Below are positions 25,270 to 34,879 of a stretch of DNA of 64,000 bases, piece after piece. Below the pieces are notes generated by a model. The model did not search any database. It was given only the letters and a program-made list of their open reading frames with translations, and was not told the origin of the DNA. Position numbers and translations under genes: made by a program. The stretch lies in contig JBKAGE010000034.1 of NCBI GenBank assembly GCA_046290225.1, positions 224,001 through 288,000 on the forward strand, in the 5' to 3' direction. Numbering within the stretch: position 1 is the first letter of the stretch; each line of letters opens with the position of its first letter. The stretch is from Bradymonadia bacterium. Lineage in GTDB: Bacteria; Myxococcota_A; Bradymonadia; UBA7976; UBA1532.

Positions 25270-26319
25270 ATGCGAACCATGGCTGATTTCTCCCAGCTCG
25301 CCCTGGTGGCCCTCGTTGCAGCCACCCTTTCTGGTTGCCCAGAGGGCCCGCAGCTCGCCAAGAGCCGATTCGGTGACGATCCACCCCCCTCGGGCAGAGC
25401 GGCGGTGGAGACGGACGACCAGGCATACGACGAAGAAGACGACGAGGAAGACGACGAGACAGAGGTCGAGGACGACACCGCCTCCGACGCGCCCGCGTCG
25501 CCTCTGACGGCGACCCGAAGGCCCACTGCAAGTGATGACATCAAGGCTGACGCTCGGGCCGCCCTCGCCGCCGCCCGTGATCAGCTCAAGCTCGAGCAGC
25601 CCAAGCAGGCCATCGGCCCGCTGCGCCGTGTGATCTCGCTGCTGCCCGACGAGCCCGAAGGTCACCTGCTCCTCGGCCGAGCGTTGCTGATGGTGGACAA
25701 CCCCAAAGATGCGGTGCCTGCCTTTCGCAAGGCCGTCGCCCTCAACCCCACCAATCCCGAAATTCGCTATGGGCTGGCGGTCTCCCTGGCCCGCACTGGC
25801 CAGAGCCGAGAAGCCATGCTGCTCGCCCGGGCCCTCAACAAGGAGCGACCCGACGATGCTCGGGTGGCAGCCCTGCTCTCCGAAGGCGCTCGCAGGGTCG
25901 AGGGGCCCGAAGCCAGAGCAGCCCTCGCTGCAGCACACGCCACCCAGAACACCCCAGAGTCTGCTGCACGCCTTGGGCGAGCGGCAGCCCGCGAGGGTGA
26001 CTTCGCCGCTGCAGCCAACCATCTCGCAGTGGCTGCCAAAGCCCGCCCGGACGATCTCGACCTCCAGCTGCAATACGGCACCGCCCTGGGCAAGAGCGGG
26101 CGGCTCGGCCAGGCGGAGATCGTCCTCGACGCCCTCACCCGGAAAGATCCCACGCAGCAGGCTGGCTGGCGCAACCTCGCTGCGGTGATGGAGCAACAAG
26201 GTGACGCTCAGGGCGCCATCAGAGCCTGGAAGGGCCTCGTCAAGCAGCTCGATGGTGTGGAAAAGGCGAACGTTCAGAACCGCATCTACCAGCTCGAACG
26301 CGAGGGGCTCAAACCCTGA
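25270..26319 (+). CDS. TPR-repeat lipoprotein
   Basis: Lipobox LSGC, acidic linker, several TPR units. Confidence 0.85.
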   Translation: MRTMADFSQLALVALVAATLSGCPEGPQLAKSRFGDDPPPSGRAAVETDDQAYDEEDDEEDDETEVEDDTASDAPASPLTATRRPTASDDIKADARAALAAARDQLKLEQPKQAIGPLRRVISLLPDEPEGHLLLGRALLMVDNPKDAVPAFRKAVALNPTNPEIRYGLAVSLARTGQSREAMLLARALNKERPDDARVAALLSEGARRVEGPEARAALAAAHATQNTPESAARLGRAAAREGDFAAAANHLAVAAKARPDDLDLQLQYGTALGKSGRLGQAEIVLDALTRKDPTQQAGWRNLAAVMEQQGDAQGAIRAWKGLVKQLDGVEKANVQNRIYQLEREGLKP

Positions 26320-26388
26320 GTGTGGTTCGTTCTGCCTGCCCATGTTAGAGATGAAGGCTCAAGTGCCCGTTGAGGAGCGGCCCTGCTG

Positions 26389-28023
26389 ATGGCCTCGATC
26401 ACCGTTCTCACCCCCGATGGCCGGCGCTCAGAGCGTCCGCTCAGAGCCATGAACACCATCGGGCGTCACCCCGAGCAGTCGATTCAGATCCTGGATCGCG
26501 TGGTCTCCAAAGAGCACGCCCTGATCACCTTTGCCGATGGTCGTTACTGGCTCCAGGACATGGGCAGCCGGAACGGCACCTTCGTCAATGGCGAGCGCAT
26601 CATGGGCCGCACCCGCATGCGCACCGGCGACACGATCACCCTCGGGGGCACTCGACTGGTCTTTCACGACGAGCGGGAGGCCCTGCCTGCTGCTGCCGGA
26701 CAGGTGACCATCCAGCCCGCGCAAGAGACTCAAACGGCGATCCGCTCGCGGCTCCAGGCGGCGAACGAGAGCAGCCGCCGTTTCCTACCCGAGCTCGACA
26801 TCGCCGACAACAAGAGCCTGCGGGACGACTATGAGAAGCTCCGGGTGGCTTTCGAGCTGAACCAGGCGCTGGGCACCGTGGTGGAGCCCGACGTCGTGAT
26901 GGATCGCATCCTCGAAAAAGCCATGGAGATCACCCAGGCTGATCGCGGTGTGTTCCTCGTCATCGACGGTGAAGGCACCCCTCAGCCTCGGGCCGTGCGC
27001 CACCGCGATGGCGCCGACGCGGGCCAGGTGCAGCTGTCGTCCACCATCCTCAACGAGGTGATGACCGAGCATCACGCGGTGTTGTCGAGCGACGCCATGA
27101 TCGACAGCCGGTTTGCCGGCAGCCACAGCATCATCATGCACGGCATCCGCTCCACCATGTGCGTGCCCCTCACCCACGACGAGCAGCTGCTCGGCATGGT
27201 CCACCTCGACAGCAAGGTGGCCACAGGGGTGTTCACCGAGAAAGATCTGCAGCTGCTCACCGCCTTTGCCCATCAAGCGGCGGTGCGCCTCGCCAACGCC
27301 CGGCTGGTGGAGCAGGCCCGACACGAGGCCCTGGTTCGGGAGAGCCTCTCGCGCCTGCTCTCGCCCAACCTCGTGGAGCAGGTGGTGCAAGGCGACGTGG
27401 CCCTCGAGCGAGGCGGACAGCGCCGGCAGGTCACGGTGCTCTTCGCCGACATTCGTGGCTTTACGGCGCTCAGTGAGCGCAAAGCGCCAGAAGAGCTCGT
27501 GTCGATGCTCAACGAGTACTTCGAGATCATGGCTGACCTCGTGTTCCAGCACGAAGGCACCCTCGACAAGTTCATGGGTGACGAGGTCATGGCGGTGTGG
27601 GGTGCGCCCCTTGCCCAGCCCGATCACGTGGCCCGGGCGGTCTTTGCCGCCCTCTCGATGCGCCGGGCCGTAGAAGACTACAACCGATTCCGCACTGCCC
27701 GAAATGAAGAGCCCCTCAAGGTGGGCATCGGCATCAACACCGGCGTCGCCGTGGCGGGCTACATGGGGGCCACCCGCACCCTGTCCTACACGGTGATCGG
27801 CGATACTGTGAACACCGCCTCCCGGCTCTGCGGCCATGCTGGTCCCGGCGACATTCTTGTGAGTCAGCAGGTGGTGGAGGCCATGGGTCGCGCCCTCGAG
27901 TTCGAGCTGCGTGAGCCCGCTCAGCTCAAGGGTAAGTCCCAGCCGGTGCCAGTACACGCGGTGCTCGGCGTCCGGGGTCTGGAGCTCGACGCCACCCGCC
28001 CTGTGAATTCGAAGACGAGCTGA
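26389..28023 (+). CDS. FHA-GAF-class III adenylate/guanylate cyclase
   Basis: FHA IGR..VSKEHA..SRNGT; GAF RSTMCVPL; cyclase VLFADIRGFT, DKFMGD, IGDTVNTASRL. Confidence 0.95.
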   Translation: MASITVLTPDGRRSERPLRAMNTIGRHPEQSIQILDRVVSKEHALITFADGRYWLQDMGSRNGTFVNGERIMGRTRMRTGDTITLGGTRLVFHDEREALPAAAGQVTIQPAQETQTAIRSRLQAANESSRRFLPELDIADNKSLRDDYEKLRVAFELNQALGTVVEPDVVMDRILEKAMEITQADRGVFLVIDGEGTPQPRAVRHRDGADAGQVQLSSTILNEVMTEHHAVLSSDAMIDSRFAGSHSIIMHGIRSTMCVPLTHDEQLLGMVHLDSKVATGVFTEKDLQLLTAFAHQAAVRLANARLVEQARHEALVRESLSRLLSPNLVEQVVQGDVALERGGQRRQVTVLFADIRGFTALSERKAPEELVSMLNEYFEIMADLVFQHEGTLDKFMGDEVMAVWGAPLAQPDHVARAVFAALSMRRAVEDYNRFRTARNEEPLKVGIGINTGVAVAGYMGATRTLSYTVIGDTVNTASRLCGHAGPGDILVSQQVVEAMGRALEFELREPAQLKGKSQPVPVHAVLGVRGLELDATRPVNSKTS

Positions 28024-28077
28024 GGTCGGGCCCGCGCCTTCACGACGCACGGGCCGCAACGCCAGGGCCTGCGCCGC

Positions 28078-31000
28078 TCAGGCGCCTTCGGCCACCACTC
28101 GGTCCACCACCCCTCGATGCAGCGCCACATTCCGCAAAAACGGACGCTCGAAGCCGGTGCCTTTGAGGCACTGGGCCTGCCACAACAGATCACGCCATGC
28201 GGCGCCGAGGGCATCCTCGGCCCCCGCCCCGTCTCCCATGGCCTCGGCCACCAGCAGACGACACCAGCTGACCTCCACCACGAGGCGGCTGAGGGCAGGC
28301 TGACCTGATCGAGCAGACTCGAAGGCATCTTCCATCTGCTTCAGCCGCTGTCGCGCCTCCGGGTGCTGATCGAGGATGAGGTGTCCGCGGACCTGGACCC
28401 CCAGAGCCTCAACCCGCCCCTGGCTGTAGTCGAGCTCCGCAGACTTCTCCAAAGCATCCGCGGCATAGCGCAGCGCCCCGTGGACCAGCTTCTCCCCCCG
28501 GTTGGCCGCCACAAGGGCCAGGCCCAGGGCATTGAGCCCGTCAACATAGAGCGGTTGTCGTTTGCCGGCCCGGGCGAGGTTCTTGAGGCACTGCCCGATG
28601 ACCCGCATGGCCTCGTCGTATCGGCCCTGGTTCACCAGAATCCGGCCTCGGAGGATCGTCGCCTCTGCTTGTTGGGCACGCTCGGTGTCGAAGGTGGCGT
28701 CTCTCAAGAGAGGCTCCACATAGCGCAGGGCCGCTTCGTAGTCGCCGAGGGCGGTGTGCAAATTGCCCGCGGTGACCATCATCCAGGCGATGGTGGCCCG
28801 CTCCTCGGAGTTGCGCACCATCAACCATGCGCGGCGGAACAAACGCACGGCGGCGATGAGGTGCCCCTCGGACCAGCACAGGATGCCCAAATGGAAGGTG
28901 GCCACCCCTTCGCCGTACACATCACCTGCGTCCTGGTGCATGGCGATGGCTTCGTTCAGGGCGTCGAGGGCCTTCTCCGCATCGCCGGCGGCGAGGGCGA
29001 AGGCCCCTCGGGTATGGGCGAGGCGGCTGCGCAGTGACACTGGCAGATCCGCCCCCATGGCCTCCTGCGCCTCTTCGAGCCACTGCAGCGCTCGGGTTTG
29101 ATCACCCTGCTGCCAGAAATCGAGGGCCAGCAGGAGTCGACCCCTCACCCATCCAGGACGCCCTGCGGGCTGGCTGGAGATCACCGACAAGACCAGAGAC
29201 TCCACCTGTGCGTGGCTGCCGGTGAGCAATGCGAAGCGTGCTCGACGACCCGCGAGCTGAAGACGCTCGTCCTCTGTAGCCACCCGAGGTGCCAGGATCT
29301 CAAGCTGATGCAAATCTCGACCCTGAGCCTCTCGGGCCCCAGTGAGACCGTGGATGTGCTCTCGAAGACGCAGAATGCGGAACAACTGTCGATCCTGATC
29401 GGGGGTCGGCAGCCCCTTGAGCAGCCCCGTCGCCTGATGACAGAGCCCCAGGGCTCCGGCGAGATCGTGCACGCGCAGGGCCTGATGCACCCCGTCGATG
29501 AGGCCGCTCACCGCCCGCCCGGGCACACCCGCCAGGGCAAAGTGGCTTGCCGCCAGGGCCGGGTTGGCCTCGTGAAGGGGCAACCGCATATAGACCTCGC
29601 CGGCATCTTCGTGAATTGCCCGACGGCGTTCGGGATGCATCTGACGATAGATCTCGTCCCGGATGAGGGGGTGCGTGATGCGAATGCCATCGCCGCTCTC
29701 CACCAGACCCGAACGCTCCAAAGTGTCGACGGCAGCGGTCATCTCGTGACGGTCGATGCCTCGTCGGGCGATGACCTCTTCGAGGATGCCGGCGCCGAGA
29801 GCGTCCTGCACCACGGTGACCGCCTCGAGCACGGGCGTCGCCGAGGCGTCGAGGGCTTCGAGGCGCCTGGAGACCACGGAGGCCACATCTCGCGCCAGGG
29901 CCTCTTCGGGGATGGGCCCCAAGGTGACCCAGACATCCCCTTCCATCACAAGGTGACCCAGGCTGATGAGATGCCTGACCAGCTCAGCCACCATGAGGGG
30001 AGATCCCACCGCTGCAGACAAAATGCGCAGGCGGTCCTGCTCAGAAAGCCGGTTGGGTTGGAGCAAGCCATCGATTTGAGCTTCGGACTCAGCGGGGTCA
30101 AAGGGCTTGAGCTGGAGTTCCGTGTATCCCCTGGTCTGACGAATCGCCGGGGGCACCCGATATTGTTCACCGTATGTGAGGATGACCAGCATCCGCGTGC
30201 GGGATCTCAAGCCGTCGAGCAGCTGGTTGAGCATCAGCCAGGATGCGGCATCGAGCTCCTCAGCGTCTTCGATCTCCAGGAACAATGGCGCGCCAGTGAG
30301 GGCCACAGCCTGGGCAGCGATGGCCTTGAAGGCGGCGACGAGCCCCTCGCGCAACCTCACCCCGGCGGTCCGAGGATCGGTCCCTTCAAGCATGCGCCGC
30401 GCACCAGAGTCACCGAGGAACGCCTGAATGTCGGTGATGCGATCGAGCAGCGTCTCTCGCCCCAAGCCGTCATCCGCGTCCTCCGCGGCGAACTCCGCCA
30501 GGGACCGCACCCCATGATCGACTTTTTCGCCGAGGGCTTCGTCGCCGAGGCCAATGCCGAAGAACTGCTTGAGCAGCTGTACAAAGGGCCAATGAGGCAG
30601 GCTGAAGAGATGATGCCCCTGAGCCTTCAGATAACAGGGCGGGCGCCCGAGCAGACGCTCCACCCGCTCCGAGAAACTCGCCAGCATTCGAGTGCGCCCT
30701 GACCCCTGAGGTCCGCGCACGCCCACGACCTCGTGGCCCGTGCCTTCTGCCGCCGCTCGAAAACGCTCCCAGAGGGTCTGGAGCGCCTGACTCCGGCCCA
30801 CGAAACGGTGCCCACCGAGGCGGGTGAGCCACCGCGCGATCTCGTGGGGTTGAGGCCGACGACCCCCGGCCACCTGACGCTGCGTGTGCCGCGGGGCCCG
30901 GCGCTGGGTCGGGCGTGTGATCCCCCCACGCTGCACTTGATCCCCGAGCAGGCACAGGGCCTCTCGGATGGCCACCCGCACCGCCCTCAGGGCGTCGATG

Positions 31001-31320
31001 AAGAATTCCTGGTCGGTGAACCGATGTTGCGCCCGGATCGCTACGAGATCTTCCAGGCCGAAGAGCACCCGCACCGCCCGGGAGATCGGCAGCGGCCGAT
31101 CGGGCCAGGGGGCCTGCAGCAATCGAAACGCTGCGTCGAGGTGCGCCCCGTCGCGCCCTCGGGCGAAGACGAGGAAATGTCTGACCGCCTGCACGAGGTT
31201 ATGGGCCAGGACCCCAGGATCTGCCTCGTGAAAATCGGCATCGATTTCTCGGAGCGACGTCACCAGATCGGTGACGAGATCCTGGGCATGCTCCTCGATG
31301 TAGCTCAGCAGCTCTTCCAC
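28078..31320 (-). CDS. STAND-like AAA ATPase with C-terminal TPR repeats and a helical N-terminal domain
   Basis: FVGRSQAL, Walker A-like GPQGSGRT, Walker B-like LFLEIEDAEELD, GSPLMV, HPLIRDEIY, TPR-like C-terminus. Confidence 0.8.
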   Translation of the reverse strand: MEELLSYIEEHAQDLVTDLVTSLREIDADFHEADPGVLAHNLVQAVRHFLVFARGRDGAHLDAAFRLLQAPWPDRPLPISRAVRVLFGLEDLVAIRAQHRFTDQEFFIDALRAVRVAIREALCLLGDQVQRGGITRPTQRRAPRHTQRQVAGGRRPQPHEIARWLTRLGGHRFVGRSQALQTLWERFRAAAEGTGHEVVGVRGPQGSGRTRMLASFSERVERLLGRPPCYLKAQGHHLFSLPHWPFVQLLKQFFGIGLGDEALGEKVDHGVRSLAEFAAEDADDGLGRETLLDRITDIQAFLGDSGARRMLEGTDPRTAGVRLREGLVAAFKAIAAQAVALTGAPLFLEIEDAEELDAASWLMLNQLLDGLRSRTRMLVILTYGEQYRVPPAIRQTRGYTELQLKPFDPAESEAQIDGLLQPNRLSEQDRLRILSAAVGSPLMVAELVRHLISLGHLVMEGDVWVTLGPIPEEALARDVASVVSRRLEALDASATPVLEAVTVVQDALGAGILEEVIARRGIDRHEMTAAVDTLERSGLVESGDGIRITHPLIRDEIYRQMHPERRRAIHEDAGEVYMRLPLHEANPALAASHFALAGVPGRAVSGLIDGVHQALRVHDLAGALGLCHQATGLLKGLPTPDQDRQLFRILRLREHIHGLTGAREAQGRDLHQLEILAPRVATEDERLQLAGRRARFALLTGSHAQVESLVLSVISSQPAGRPGWVRGRLLLALDFWQQGDQTRALQWLEEAQEAMGADLPVSLRSRLAHTRGAFALAAGDAEKALDALNEAIAMHQDAGDVYGEGVATFHLGILCWSEGHLIAAVRLFRRAWLMVRNSEERATIAWMMVTAGNLHTALGDYEAALRYVEPLLRDATFDTERAQQAEATILRGRILVNQGRYDEAMRVIGQCLKNLARAGKRQPLYVDGLNALGLALVAANRGEKLVHGALRYAADALEKSAELDYSQGRVEALGVQVRGHLILDQHPEARQRLKQMEDAFESARSGQPALSRLVVEVSWCRLLVAEAMGDGAGAEDALGAAWRDLLWQAQCLKGTGFERPFLRNVALHRGVVDRVVAEGA

Positions 31321-31474
31321 GCGGTACGGGCTCCTCGAACACGCCCGGCGAGGGACCGCTCGGGCTCACATCGCGGAGCATGGATGGAAACCCAAACGGC
31401 TGCAAGCTCCACAGCAGACTCGAGACGAGATTGCCAGGGTGCGTCTGCCGCCAGCATCCGGTAAAAGTAGAGAC

Positions 31475-32818
31475 ATGCAGCCCACAGTCCTCGTCGTCGA
31501 TGACGACACTTCGAATCTCGCCAGCCTCGTCAAGATCTTCGAACGCAAGGGATGGCGGGTCCGACCCGCCACCAACGGCAGAGAAGCCCTCGACGCCCTC
31601 AGGAGCACCCCCGTCGCCGTGGTGCTCACCGATCTCATGATGCCCGACATCAGCGGGGTCGACCTGGTCAAGCACGTCAAAGATCTCACCCCGGACATCG
31701 AGGTGATCATGATGACGGCCTACGGCACCATCGAGCGCGCCGTGGAGGCCATGCGGGCGGGGGCCTACGACTTCGTCACCAAGCCGTTTCGTCGCGCGGA
31801 GATCGAGCAGGTGGTGAGCCGGGCCCTCGAAAAGCAGGCCCTCATCGCCGAGAACCGCGCCCTGAAGGCCCAGCTCGCCCGCGTCGAACGGGCCCGGAGC
31901 ACCTGGGGCATCGTGGGCAACGCCCCAGCCCTCAGACGCGTGATGGAGGTGGTGAAGCAAGCCGCGCCCAGCTCGGCCACGGTGCTCCTCATGGGCGAGA
32001 GCGGCACGGGGAAGGAGCTCTTCGCCCGGGCCATCCACGAGCTTTCCCCGCGGGTCGATCAGCCCTTCGTCGCGGTGAACTGCGCTGCGCTGCCCGAGAC
32101 CATCATCGAGGCTGAGCTGTTCGGCTCGGAGAAAGGCGCCTTCACGGGGGCCGTGCAGACCCGCGAGGGTCGCTTCACCCGGGCCGACGGGGGCACGCTG
32201 TTCCTCGACGAGATCGGCGAGCTGTCGGCGTCGGTGCAGGTGAAGCTGTTGCGGTTCTTGCAGTCTGGCGAATTCGAACGCGTGGGCGGCACCCGGACCG
32301 AGCATGTGGATTGTCGCATCATCGCCGCCACCAACCAGGATCTCGGCAAGCTCGTCAAAGAAGGCTCGTTTCGAGAAGACCTCTACTATCGCCTCAATGT
32401 CATCGCCATCACCCTGCCGCCGCTGCGGGCCCGGCGAGAGGACATCCCCCTGCTCGCTGATCACTTTCTCCGGCTGTATGCCGAGAAGAACCGCAAGCCG
32501 ATTGAAGGCCTCACCGAGGCGGCCATGGCCCGCCTGATGGACTACTCGTGGCCAGGCAACGTGCGGGAGATCGAGAACACCCTCGAGCGCGCCGTGGTCC
32601 TCGCCCGGGGGGTGCACCTCGACGTAGACGATTTGCCGGAGAGCATCTCCGGCGCCGCGCCGAGCGCCGAGGGCCTGTTCATCTCCATGGGCACCCCCCT
32701 CGAGGAGATCGAGCGCCGCGTGATCCGCGAGACCCTGCGCTACACCGACGGCGACAAGAAGCGCGCCGCACAGCTGCTCGGCACCTCGACCCGCACCATC
32801 TACCGCAAGCTGGAGTGA
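31475..32818 (+). CDS. Sigma54-dependent response regulator (NtrC family)
   Basis: Receiver VVDDD..TDLMMP, GESGTGKE, GAFTGA, Fis-type HTH. Confidence 0.97.
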   Translation: MQPTVLVVDDDTSNLASLVKIFERKGWRVRPATNGREALDALRSTPVAVVLTDLMMPDISGVDLVKHVKDLTPDIEVIMMTAYGTIERAVEAMRAGAYDFVTKPFRRAEIEQVVSRALEKQALIAENRALKAQLARVERARSTWGIVGNAPALRRVMEVVKQAAPSSATVLLMGESGTGKELFARAIHELSPRVDQPFVAVNCAALPETIIEAELFGSEKGAFTGAVQTREGRFTRADGGTLFLDEIGELSASVQVKLLRFLQSGEFERVGGTRTEHVDCRIIAATNQDLGKLVKEGSFREDLYYRLNVIAITLPPLRARREDIPLLADHFLRLYAEKNRKPIEGLTEAAMARLMDYSWPGNVREIENTLERAVVLARGVHLDVDDLPESISGAAPSAEGLFISMGTPLEEIERRVIRETLRYTDGDKKRAAQLLGTSTRTIYRKLE

Positions 32819-32880
32819 CGTGCTCCAGCTGCTCTGAGAGGGCTCCGAGAGCGCCCCAGAGCATGCTCCAAAAGACACGA

Positions 32881-32940
32881 TGACAAAATGTCAGCGGGCC
32901 AAAACCGACCCCCTGCCAATCTGACAAATTGACAAACTGA
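32881..32940. promoter_or_regulatory. Putative enhancer-binding-protein sites upstream of gspC
   Basis: Palindrome TGACA-aaa-TGTCA (32881-32893), followed by TGCCAatcTGACAaatTGACA. Confidence 0.6.
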
Positions 32941-33010
32941 TCCAGATCAGGAATCCAGGCAGACCCCGGAAGATTGTAGGGGGTGGCCAACGGGCGTTGT
33001 ATCGCTCGGC

Positions 33011-33026
33011 TGGCGCGCTTCGTGCA
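33011..33026 (+). promoter_or_regulatory. Sigma54 (-24/-12) promoter of the gsp operon
   Basis: TGGCGCGcttcGTGCA fits GG-N10-GC. Confidence 0.7.
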
Positions 33027-33116
33027 TATGAAGGGCGGGGCAGACGCGGTCTGCTTCGCCTTGGGTCAATGCCGAGGTCACGACCGACGGCAAACTGAGA
33101 GGGTCACCGGAGCACG

Positions 33117-34130
33117 ATGGACAGTTTCATCAAACGCTACTTCTGGATCGTCAACGTGGCGGTCCTCGGGGTCATCGCCTATCTCGGCGCCCGGGTGGCC
33201 AACAATCTGATCGCCGGCGAGATCGTCGGGCTCGCAACGAGCCCTGCGGTGGAGGGCCCCGAAAAAGAGGGCAAGAACGCCAAGAGCAACAAGAAGTCCG
33301 AGCGCAGAGGCCTCGGCTGGGCCGAGCGCATCATGGGGCGCAACCTCTTCAACGCCAACCCGCCTGAAGATCCCGAAGACGGCCCCAAAGATCCCAACGA
33401 CAAGCCAGAAGAGGGCGACAAGCCCGTGGTGGCGAGCGGCGAGATGCCCACCAGCCTCGACGCCTGCGAGAAGAGCGAAGAGCGCATCGTGCTCCTGGCC
33501 ACCATGGTGGCCGAGCCCCAAGAGCTCTCCATGGCCGTCGTGCAGGACAACTCCAACGACCGAATCCTCAAGCCGGGCATGTCCGCCGGTGAAGACGCCG
33601 CGGTGAAGGTGGCCCGCATCAACCGGTCGTGGCTGGTGCTGCAGAACAGCAAGGGCACCTACGAGTGCGTCGCCGTGGGCGGCAAGAAGCAGGCGAAGAA
33701 GAAGAAGGGCCGCGGCGTCGACCGCACGAAGCCCAAGAAGGGCAACCGCGGGGGCAGCCTCACCAAGGCCGACCGCGACGCCATCAAGAACGGCGTGCAG
33801 AAGACAGGCAAGAACGAGTACCAGATCGACCGCGAGATGCTGAACGAGCAGCTCGCCGATCTGAACAAGCTCGCCCGCCAGGCCCGGGTCATCCCCCACT
33901 ACCGCGACGGTCAAGCCCAGGGCTACAAGCTCGTGGGCGTGCGCCCCGGCAGCCTCTACAGCCACCTGGGAGTGCGCAGCGGCGACATCCTCAAAGGCGT
34001 CAACGGCGAAGAGGTCAACAGCCCGAACAAGGCCCTCGAACTCTTCGAGAAGCTCAAGAGCAGCGACAACGTGAGCCTTGAGGTGGAGCGTCGCGGCAAG
34101 CCTGTGGCCCTGGAGTACAACATCAAATGA
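33117..34130 (+). CDS. gspC: Type II secretion protein C (TM, HR and PDZ domains)
   Basis: N-terminal TM, RNLFN, C-terminal PDZ ARVIPHY..GYKL..GVRSGDIL..VNG; first gene of the gsp operon. Confidence 0.92.
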   Translation: MDSFIKRYFWIVNVAVLGVIAYLGARVANNLIAGEIVGLATSPAVEGPEKEGKNAKSNKKSERRGLGWAERIMGRNLFNANPPEDPEDGPKDPNDKPEEGDKPVVASGEMPTSLDACEKSEERIVLLATMVAEPQELSMAVVQDNSNDRILKPGMSAGEDAAVKVARINRSWLVLQNSKGTYECVAVGGKKQAKKKKGRGVDRTKPKKGNRGGSLTKADRDAIKNGVQKTGKNEYQIDREMLNEQLADLNKLARQARVIPHYRDGQAQGYKLVGVRPGSLYSHLGVRSGDILKGVNGEEVNSPNKALELFEKLKSSDNVSLEVERRGKPVALEYNIK

Positions 34131-34879
34131 GACTCCACTGGCTATCATCCATGGCCATCGGCGTGGCCCTCCTGGCGCCCACCGCGGGTGCGGCGAAGTC
34201 GAGCCTTGCCGAGGATTTCATCCAGAAGTGCAAGGCGCTCCCTCCAAACGGCCAGGTCACCCTCGACATCGTCGACGAGCGCCTGCTCACGGTGGGCAAA
34301 GTCGTCGCATGCCTCACGGGCAAGACGGTGACCTTCGGCGACCCGCTCAAGAGCCTCAAGAAAGAGCGCCTGACCATGCTGGGCACAGCGCGATACACCG
34401 CGCCTGAGGTGCTCGAGGCCTTCGTCAACCTAGTCGAACTCAAAGGCTTCACTGTCAAACAACAAGGCAACTTCGTGCACATCGCTCGAGGGCCGCGGGG
34501 CGTACCCTGCGAAGCTCAGACCAAGATGCCCATCGAGCAGGGCGTGCGCGAGGTGGGCGCCAATCACTATCAGCTTGAGCGCAAGATGCTCGATGAGCAG
34601 TTCGCCGACCTGACTCAGCTCGCGCGTCAGGCACGGGTGATCCCCCACTACCGTGACGGCCGGCCTCAGGGCTACAAACTCATAGGCATACGGGCCAAGA
34701 GCCTCTACAGCCATATCGGCCTCCGCAGCGGGGATCTGATCAAGCGCATCAACGGCACTGCGATCAACTCTCCCAACGACGCCTTGTCGCTCTTCGAGAA
34801 GCTCAAGAGCAGCGACACGGTGAGCCTCGAGGTGGAGCGTGCGGGCCAGCCTGTGATGCTCGAGTACACCATCAAATGA
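34127..34879 (+). CDS. Secreted chimeric protein: GspD N0-like domain plus GspC PDZ domain
   Basis: Signal peptide; N-half aligns with N0 of the downstream GspD; C-terminal 115 aa about two-thirds identical (hand count) to the upstream GspC; ATGA overlaps at both ends. Confidence 0.85.
   Translation: MRLHWLSSMAIGVALLAPTAGAAKSSLAEDFIQKCKALPPNGQVTLDIVDERLLTVGKVVACLTGKTVTFGDPLKSLKKERLTMLGTARYTAPEVLEAFVNLVELKGFTVKQQGNFVHIARGPRGVPCEAQTKMPIEQGVREVGANHYQLERKMLDEQFADLTQLARQARVIPHYRDGRPQGYKLIGIRAKSLYSHIGLRSGDLIKRINGTAINSPNDALSLFEKLKSSDTVSLEVERAGQPVMLEYTIK

Noticed and set aside
34127..34879. Assembly artefact as the explanation for the chimera
   Set aside because: Both halves have diverged substantially from gspC and gspD, including at synonymous sites, so it is not a mis-joined identical copy
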